From IMG/VR virus record IMGVR_UViG_2718218127_000001: a stretch of DNA of 14,646 nt; one strand, written 5' to 3'. Every line of letters begins with the position of its first letter. The first letter of the stretch is position 1. The stretch comes from a virus. Taxonomy: Duplodnaviria > Heunggongvirae > Uroviricota > Caudoviricetes. A program made the position numbers and the translations under genes. The notes under the pieces were generated by a model that did not search any database, was not told the DNA's origin, and saw only the letters and a list, made by a program, of their open reading frames with translations. Of the stretch, positions 1 through 5,813 are shown piece after piece.

Positions 1-825
1 CTATTTCTTCTCTGTAATTTTTACACTGTTTTCCAACTGCTTGATGCTGACCTGCGGGGTCGGCAACTCCTCAGGCATGGTTCCGCCAAGTTCCTGAATG
101 GTTTGCCTCACCTTGCGACCCACGTCAAAGTGTGTGGTGTTTGCTTGCTGTTTTGAATTCACGCCATCCCGCTTGAGTTTTTCTTCTGTTTGGGTAGCTC
201 GAAAGAGATTAGCCGCCAGTTCTGTTGAACCCATATGATCCAGGATCTTCTGATTCTTTTTCAGCCCCTTCCGCTGATGAATAGCTTTCTGATCTAATCC
301 ACCATACAGCCCCTGGTAACCATGATTCTGAAATATGGCGAAATCAGTAGCTGTCGCTACCCCAGCTTGCTGTGCTGCCTCAACCAATTGTTTGTTATGT
401 TCTTTCAACTCATTTCTCAGAAACAGACGCTTTTCGTCTTCACGAAGTTGCTTAAATGCTTCATCGTCAGCAAGCTCCTGCCGTCGGGTCTGGATAGCAA
501 AATAAGTCTGCCCTGCCGCAATGACCGGTTTCGCAGGGTCGCCGTTTTGTACTACCAGGTAACAGGCATAGCGGGAGAGTACGATGTCTTTTAATGCTCT
601 TTTGGCATTTGAGCCAATTTTGACCATATCGAGGATCTCCTCGAAATGGTCATCAATTGTGTGACCACTGTTCTCACAGGCTTCTTTGGCGCGCGTTAAT
701 ACAGGTATAAAGTGACGATACTCTGAATAACCCAGTAGTTTCCCAAGTTGTCTTGCTGACCATTGTTCTGCTCCGTTTGCATTAATCAGTTTTATCTCTT
801 CAAAAGGTTGATGATGTTCGTTCAT
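1..825 (-). CDS. dinD: DNA damage-inducible protein D (DinD-like), 274 aa from the internal ATG
   Basis: Track ORF 1..837 (-). The protein from MNEHHQPFEEIKLINANGAEQW matches my recollection of E. coli DinD. The track's extra MEWA residues are read across the Shine-Dalgarno (GGAGTGGG) that sits upstream of the ATG at 823-825. A LexA box lies about 46 bp upstream. Confidence 0.7.
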   Translation of the reverse strand: MNEHHQPFEEIKLINANGAEQWSARQLGKLLGYSEYRHFIPVLTRAKEACENSGHTIDDHFEEILDMVKIGSNAKRALKDIVLSRYACYLVVQNGDPAKPVIAAGQTYFAIQTRRQELADDEAFKQLREDEKRLFLRNELKEHNKQLVEAAQQAGVATATDFAIFQNHGYQGLYGGLDQKAIHQRKGLKKNQKILDHMGSTELAANLFRATQTEEKLKRDGVNSKQQANTTHFDVGRKVRQTIQELGGTMPEELPTPQVSIKQLENSVKITEKK

Positions 826-870
826 TGCCCACTCCATGTGATATCAATTGCAAAGAAAGTAAATCTGTAA

Positions 871-886
871 CTGTATTTATATACAG
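871..886. promoter_or_regulatory. LexA operator (SOS box) in the dinD promoter
   Basis: CTGTATTTATATACAG fits the CTGT-N8-ACAG consensus with an AT-rich spacer, directly upstream of the dinD start. In dinD orientation it reads AACTGTATATAAATACAGTT. Confidence 0.75.
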
Positions 887-1268
887 TTGTGAGTATCTCA
901 CGTTCTCAGTGTGCTGGGCAAAAAAACATCGCAAAATCTGGAGCAGGCACGCAAAACAGAATTGAATGTTGCGGGGAAGAAAAATGCCGCTCTGTTTGAG
1001 TGGCGGCATTTGTGAAGGCGGAAAAGTAAGAATTGGCGTTACGAGTTATTCGATGTTGAATCTGTTTATTGAGTAGTGGCTTTAAATGCCCGTGGTTGCT
1101 GTGTTTCTTGTAATGCGTTTTCTCAGTAGGTACACCCTTGTGTACACGGTATTTTGAGGTGCTGTCTTTGGCTGCTCGTTTTATGCTCTCATGCTTGCTG
1201 TTCTGGCCTCTTATCTTTTGCGCCTTATTGTATGATAGTGCTATCCCACAATAAGGAACCTGCCAGCT

Positions 1269-1628
1269 ATGAGAATGACCAGCCGCAAAAAAGAGATACT
1301 TAGCTACTTTGAACCGGATAACCTCGAATGGGTGACTGGTGAGATTGGTGCGCCGCCGTTCGATGTGTCGGGTGTGGCCTACCTGCTTCATGGCATGGTG
1401 TCGTTCGATAAGCGCCACCAGATCGAATCAACCCGGCGCACACTGGAAAGCATGGTTGCTGGTGGACTGCTTGAGCGGGTGACAGTGTATGAATCGCGCC
1501 AGATACGGCGCGGCGGTGATACTAACGCAACGGTCGTGCGCTACGGTTTACCCGGTCAGTGCGCTGTTATGCGCGATACTGGCGGCGCTGATAACGCAAT
1601 ATCAGGTGAATACATGCGGGTCAGTTAA
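1269..1628 (+). CDS. hypothetical protein, 119 aa; the only plus-strand gene, divergent from dinD; may be the distal island gene or chromosomal
   Basis: Track ORF with ATG start at 1269 and AAGGAA upstream. No family recognised. Confidence 0.45.
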   Translation: MRMTSRKKEILSYFEPDNLEWVTGEIGAPPFDVSGVAYLLHGMVSFDKRHQIESTRRTLESMVAGGLLERVTVYESRQIRRGGDTNATVVRYGLPGQCAVMRDTGGADNAISGEYMRVS

Positions 1629-1860
1629 TAGCCTGCAATCTGTCGTTGATGCGGCTCAGGTCGTAAACCCGGCGTTCAATATCCAGCATCAGGAAATTGT
1701 GGATCTCGGCCTGCTCAGGATTATCAGACTCTCTGGCCTGTAATAGCAATTCATTGTAACCATGCAAACCGCCTGAGTTTTCCGCCGGGGTGGCGCCTTT
1801 CCCACGCAGGCAGCTAATGGGCTGATTGCTCGTATAGTTACATGTGGAATAATCCCATAT

Positions 1861-2046
1861 CTACCTACGCGGCGCTGGCTTCTTCCACTGGTAGGCAGGT
1901 GCTCGCATCATTTCGCGGAACCTGTCGCGCCGGGCTATATCGGCATTAACTGAGCGTTCTATCTCCCGTTGATCTGCCAGTGTAAGCTGGTGGCCTCCGT
2001 GCTCAAGTTTGGCGATGGTCAATAAAGCTATTTCGCGTGGTGTCAT
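1861..2046 (-). CDS. hypothetical small protein, 61 aa
   Basis: Track ORF with ATG start and an AGAGGG motif upstream. No recognisable domain. Confidence 0.3.
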   Translation of the reverse strand: MTPREIALLTIAKLEHGGHQLTLADQREIERSVNADIARRDRFREMMRAPAYQWKKPAPRR

Positions 2047-2253
2047 ACGTCATACCCTCTGGAAGGATGAAACACGCCCGGATTAAATTTCATTTTTCGC
2101 GGGTATGAAAAAACGATGGGGCGGGCAGTCCTTAAGGCTCAGGGTTGCAGAGATTTGGCCTCCCCCTCCCGGTGATAGTTTATTGCTTGATGTGGACGGC
2201 TTGCTATATTGGCGGCGAATGCAAATTGTCGCAGAAGTCTATCCCGTTCCTTG

Positions 2254-2279
2254 ACGCCCCGTGCGGGCGTTTTGCTTTT
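2254..2279 (+). terminator. putative rho-independent terminator on the plus strand
   Basis: Stem ACGCCC, loop CGTGC, stem GGGCGT, then TTTGCTTTT. The opposite strand has no U-tract. Confidence 0.35.
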
Positions 2280-2889
2280 ACAAAGTCAGGCCAATGCCTC
2301 TGGCTGCTTTCCCCGCCTTACGCTCAACCATGCCCGTGATTCTATCTACTACCGGACTGAATGCCTGCCAGTAAGCCACCTCCATTGCTGACAACTCTGC
2401 CCGCTTCCTGTCAAACGTAGCCCAGCGCATCCCCTTTGGTTTTGGGAACATGCGAATGTCATTAAACAGATTATTGGCAAGGTCATTGCTTCCCCATATC
2501 GCGCATCGCTGCTGGCGTATCTTCATTCGCATCCTGTCCAGTCTGTCGGCGCTCTGGCTTTTATAGTGGAGTTTCCAGCACGCCCGGCAGCCAATATCTT
2601 TCTTGCCGATATACAGCTTTGCAGCCCGTTTCATACAGTGGGGACAAACGTACCATTCCCGGACGCCATACCCGGCTTGTGTGGTCGTGGTTCTGATTGC
2701 CCGTGTAACGCCGTTGATTGTCATGGCGTAGCTGTCGGCTTGCCGGAAGGTATACAACGTTCCGCTTTCGGTCTGGGTATAAAGCTGCGTCCCCGGTTCG
2801 GCGTCCGCCAGCCTGCTACGCATGTTCGCAAGGAATGGCAACCCTATACGGGGCAGGTCGGTGATATAGCTGCGCGTTCTGTCTCTCAC
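2278..2889 (-). CDS. hypothetical Cys4 zinc-ribbon protein, 203 aa
   Basis: Track ORF. The start is GTG, preceded by a perfect AGGAGG 7 nt upstream. Contains CPHC-x14-CRAC (C-x2-C ... C-x2-C). Confidence 0.55.
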   Translation of the reverse strand: MRDRTRSYITDLPRIGLPFLANMRSRLADAEPGTQLYTQTESGTLYTFRQADSYAMTINGVTRAIRTTTTQAGYGVREWYVCPHCMKRAAKLYIGKKDIGCRACWKLHYKSQSADRLDRMRMKIRQQRCAIWGSNDLANNLFNDIRMFPKPKGMRWATFDRKRAELSAMEVAYWQAFSPVVDRITGMVERKAGKAARGIGLTL

Positions 2890-2992
2890 TGGCGGGCCTC
2901 CTGCGAATTACTGCGCATTAACTGCGAACGGTGCGCAAAAATGAATGCGAAATAATATGCGTATTTTACTGTAAATTGCGCACTATTTTGCG

Positions 2993-3110
2993 CACTGCGA
3001 ACCAATGGCGCGAGCCAGAATATTTTGGACTGCCTAAATCGAATATGGCTTCCAGCCCGCTACTGGCGCGGTTCTCTCTTCATATGGGCTTTGAGTCTGT
3101 CCAGTACAGT
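2993..3110. repeat. regulatory repeat block A (copy 1 of a duplicated ~80-110 bp module)
   Basis: Shares with block B a conserved stretch of the form ACCA-TGGCGCGA-CCAGAATATT-TGG ... CCTAAATC ... TTCCAGCC ... CTGGCGCGG, followed by a CTGT-N5-ACAG dyad (about 3097-3109). Preceded by several TGCGCA hexamers. Confidence 0.6.
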
Positions 3111-3143
3111 CCAGTATTTCAACATCGGTGACTATACGGATTG

Positions 3144-3521
3144 CTAACATGCGCCGTTTTTTTTAACCCTTCGCAGATCCCGCCTTGCTTGCATTGAAAC
3201 GGATCTCGCTAAACTCAGCTCAAGCCGTGCGATTCTGTCGGCATGTAGCCCCATGAGTCCGTTAATCAATGTCATCTCGCGCCATTCTTCTGTTCCCGGC
3301 GTCGGATTAGTCGCCAGTAATAGCCCGTATCTCTCAGCCATCATGAGGTTTCTTGCACGATTTCGCACCAGCGGAGAAAGCGCATCTTCTCCCTCAAACG
3401 GGAAGAATGCCCGCCTACTGCGTTCGCCATGTTTGACGGCATTAGTATTGCCCAACGGTGCGCCTGCGCCTTTCCGCTTGCCACCCCATCCGGATCTTGA
3501 TTGTTGGCTATTTTTTTTCAT
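3144..3521 (-). CDS. hypothetical basic protein, 125 aa; possible small-terminase-like or packaging-redirecting protein
   Basis: Track ORF with ATG start. The N-terminus GKRKGAGAPLGNTNAVKHG resembles motifs I associate with small terminase-type DNA-binding proteins; this is from memory and unverified. Confidence 0.5.
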   Translation of the reverse strand: MKKNSQQSRSGWGGKRKGAGAPLGNTNAVKHGERSRRAFFPFEGEDALSPLVRNRARNLMMAERYGLLLATNPTPGTEEWREMTLINGLMGLHADRIARLELSLARSVSMQARRDLRRVKKNGAC

Positions 3522-3575
3522 TTAACGGCTCACTGTGCGCAAAAACCCTAACTGAATGCGCGGTTTTGCTGCGTA

Positions 3576-3705
3576 CCTGACTGCGTACTGCGTACCAGTG
3601 GCGCGAACCAGAATATTCTGGACGACCTAAATCACGCTCTGGTTTCCAGCCCTCTGCTGGCGCGGGTTTAGCGCTACTTGGGTTTAAAATCTGTCAAGAA
3701 CAGTC
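3576..3705. repeat. regulatory repeat block B (copy 2), upstream of the 125-aa gene
   Basis: Contains the perfect 14-bp palindrome CCAGAATATTCTGG (about 3608-3621), a CTGTCAAGAACAG dyad (about 3691-3703) and CTGCGTAC repeats. It is the direct-repeat partner of block A. Confidence 0.6.
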
Positions 3706-3735
3706 TAGAATTTTAGCCTGCGTTCGGTGCGAACC

Positions 3736-4086
3736 TCACGGCACAGACGAGTACCAGTAAAAGCCTGTTAGCCCGGCATCGCAGCGCTCACGATTAAGCA
3801 CACGTGGCGGGTTTTCTCTGGTCATCAACTCAAGCAAGGCATTGCTTCCCTGCGTCTCCAGTCGGTATTGCCTGTCGGTAGTGGTAATGGCATCCGGCAA
3901 TAACTTTATGGCGGCCTGGCTAAAGTCTCGCGGTGCGCCGTAAAATTGCGCATCAACAATATGAACCACATCGCCGTTAATCGTTGTCCGATAACGGTCT
4001 GGCTGTATAGTAAAGCCCCCACAATGGATAGCAGATAGTGCCGGTGCCGATGAGATCAGGACGGCTGCCAGAATGTATGGCTTCAT
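3736..4086 (-). CDS. hypothetical secreted protein, 116 aa
   Basis: Track ORF with ATG start and GGTGGGTGA upstream. The N-terminus MKPYILAAVLISSAPALSA looks like a Sec signal peptide. Two Cys residues. Its start overlaps the upstream stop as ATGA. Confidence 0.55.
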   Translation of the reverse strand: MKPYILAAVLISSAPALSAIHCGGFTIQPDRYRTTINGDVVHIVDAQFYGAPRDFSQAAIKLLPDAITTTDRQYRLETQGSNALLELMTRENPPRVLNRERCDAGLTGFYWYSSVP

Positions 4087-4724
4087 TCTTCACCCACCAA
4101 TTCATCCAGTTCAGCCAGCGTCATAGGCTTTGGTACAGGCTTGTCAATATCACCCATAATGCGCTGGAAGTTTCTGGCAGGCATATGGTTACGGTTCTCC
4201 AGTATTTTCGCCAGCGCGATAACATCCCACCATTTCAGGGCAATCAGCGCCTCAGCACGGGAAAGTGATATTCTCTGTATATCAGCATCCTCTCCACCAG
4301 CCACCCGGTATACCTCTGATAAATCACGAACATTTTTCATGTCTGCTTTCCCGGACGTTTCCATCAGTGCGTTAATATCATCCCCCGTATAGCGTGATTG
4401 CGCGACGATACCAGCCAGAGAGATAACCATATCCCGGCATACCTGGTCTATCAGACGTAATCTGGCGTCATCGTTCGAGAGGGTGTAAGACTTAACCTCA
4501 GCCACATTCCGTGGATAGTTGGCGTGCCATACCGCGACGGCTCCACACTCATCAACATCGCCGCTAAGGTAGGTTTTTGCCACTCGGTTATTACCCGATA
4601 ACGCAATTTCTACCTCCTGTATGCCGAAAAACCATGCGGCTATCGCATGACCTGCTTCGTGTATTGCGAGATGTCTGGGCCAGCGATAGCTGCCTAACTC
4701 GATAATGATGGGTTGCGTACTCAT
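4083..4724 (-). CDS. putative zinc metallopeptidase with an HEAGH motif (FtsH/M41-like active site), about 213 aa, no AAA+ or transmembrane region
   Basis: Track ORF 4083..4781. I prefer the internal ATG (MSTQPI...) because the longer form overlaps the SSB-like gene by 47 nt and the internal start has GAGAGGGAA upstream. The motif IHEAGHAIAAW is identical over seven residues to the FtsH zinc-binding signature. Confidence 0.5.
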   Translation of the reverse strand: MSTQPIIIELGSYRWPRHLAIHEAGHAIAAWFFGIQEVEIALSGNNRVAKTYLSGDVDECGAVAVWHANYPRNVAEVKSYTLSNDDARLRLIDQVCRDMVISLAGIVAQSRYTGDDINALMETSGKADMKNVRDLSEVYRVAGGEDADIQRISLSRAEALIALKWWDVIALAKILENRNHMPARNFQRIMGDIDKPVPKPMTLAELDELVGEE

Positions 4725-4734
4725 ATCTTCCCTC

Positions 4735-5196
4735 TCAGAATGGCGTTTCATCGTCGAATGGTGGGCGTTGGTCAAAATCATCAGGGGTATTATATAACTC
4801 CCATCCCGGCGCGGATTGTGTTGTGTGGCCCCTGCTGGCTCCGCTTGCTTTGACTGATTCGGCCCGCTTCCCGCCGGGGCGTACCGTTCTGGCGCTGATC
4901 ACGCTGTCGGCTACTACCTGATAACCTTGCTGTGTACCGCCATCCTTGCCCGTCCACTGATTGATCTGCATCGCTCCGGCAACACTGACTAAATCGCCTT
5001 TAACGTGTCCTGCCAGTGCGTCGGCCTGTTTGCCGAATGCCACCACGCCCAGCCAGAAAGTAACCTCTCCGCCCTCTGCTGTATGGCAGGGCAGTGCCAC
5101 CGCTAACCGTCCCATTGCCATGCTTGTACCGTTCGTTGTGGTACGGGTCTGGGGATCTGCCACCAGCCGCCCGTATGCTGAAATTTGTGCTGTCAT
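4735..5196 (-). CDS. single-stranded DNA-binding protein (SSB-like OB fold with acidic C-terminal tail), 153 aa
   Basis: Track ORF with ATG start and GAGGAA upstream. The pattern W..VVAFGK.A......KG..V.V.G.....W....G......VV parallels the E. coli SSB core, and the C-terminus ...PPFDDETPF resembles the SSB ...DFDDDIPF tail. Confidence 0.65.
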   Translation of the reverse strand: MTAQISAYGRLVADPQTRTTTNGTSMAMGRLAVALPCHTAEGGEVTFWLGVVAFGKQADALAGHVKGDLVSVAGAMQINQWTGKDGGTQQGYQVVADSVISARTVRPGGKRAESVKASGASRGHTTQSAPGWELYNTPDDFDQRPPFDDETPF

Positions 5197-5495
5197 AGAT
5201 ATTTCCTCATGTAGTCACTACCTCCGGGGATAATTTTCATTTCTTCCCTTAAAGGCCACTGCTCCGCCATTGCTGCGGTCGAGTGATTCCCGTCATCACG
5301 TCCGGCCTGTGCTGCCGTCCAGTGTGTTGCATATTCTGTAAATCCAATTTCTGCTGGCTGCCTCATCCAGTGGGCGATCATCCTCAAGGTCATTTGCAGG
5401 CTTTGGGTGTCGCCCTGTAATGCGCGTTTGTCAGTAAACCCCTTCAATGCTTCACGCTCCTGATAGGTCATTTTCTGGCTGGTTTCTGTATTCAT
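5193..5495 (-). CDS. hypothetical protein, 100 aa; first gene after the origin
   Basis: Track ORF with ATG start and GAGGTG 5 nt upstream. Its stop overlaps the SSB-like start as ATGA. Confidence 0.5.
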   Translation of the reverse strand: MNTETSQKMTYQEREALKGFTDKRALQGDTQSLQMTLRMIAHWMRQPAEIGFTEYATHWTAAQAGRDDGNHSTAAMAEQWPLREEMKIIPGGSDYMRKYL

Positions 5496-5548
5496 TGCCC
5501 ACCTCGTTATAAGCTACCCCCCCCATAGAATCTTTTTGGGGGTGTAAT

Positions 5549-5800
5549 ATCCCTACCAATCCCTACTAACTGGCTCAGGCCACGAATGGCAAGGCTTTCA
5601 GACTGGTAGACATTCAATTTTGTTGCCCTACATAACCCTACTTATCCCTACTAAATCACTTCAACGGCATTTTACTGCCTGTTTTATTTGGTAGGGATAA
5701 GTAGGGATAAGTAGGGATAAAAATATATATCCCTACCTAGTTTAAAGCCTTGCTACGTCTGGCCTCGTCTCGTTTTTAGTAGGGCAGTAGGGATAAGTGC
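5549..5800. repeat. iteron-type replication origin
   Basis: At least 11 copies of a TAGGGATAAG / CCCTAC core with 10-bp phasing: inverted-orientation copies near 5549-5566 and 5626-5651, three perfect tandem GTAGGGATAA units at 5691-5720, an AT-rich stretch AAAATATATAT, then further copies near 5731 and 5779-5796. Lies immediately 3' of the primase gene. Confidence 0.7.
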
Positions 5801-5813
5801 CGCCGTAAAAGTT

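Noticed and set aside
322-594. Plus-strand 90-aa ORF inside dinD
   Set aside because: It is antisense to a well-supported gene and has a low-complexity hydrophobic translation, so it is most likely a shadow ORF.
1-837. Track's longer DinD form starting MEWAM
   Set aside because: The extra codons are read across the Shine-Dalgarno sequence of the downstream ATG. The 274-aa form starting MNEHHQ is the better start.
3097-3703. CTGT...ACAG dyads considered as additional LexA boxes
   Set aside because: Their spacer is 5 bp, not the 8 bp of the LexA consensus. Only the site at 871-886 fits a real SOS box.
4725-4781. N-terminal 19-codon extension of the metallopeptidase ORF
   Set aside because: It would overlap the SSB-like gene by 47 nt and lacks a ribosome-binding site. 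The internal ATG with GAGAGGGAA is preferred.
5549-5800. Short phased repeats considered as a possible CRISPR array
   Set aside because: The units are 10 bp, occur in both orientations, have no regular unique spacers, and sit next to a primase. That is an iteron origin, not CRISPR.
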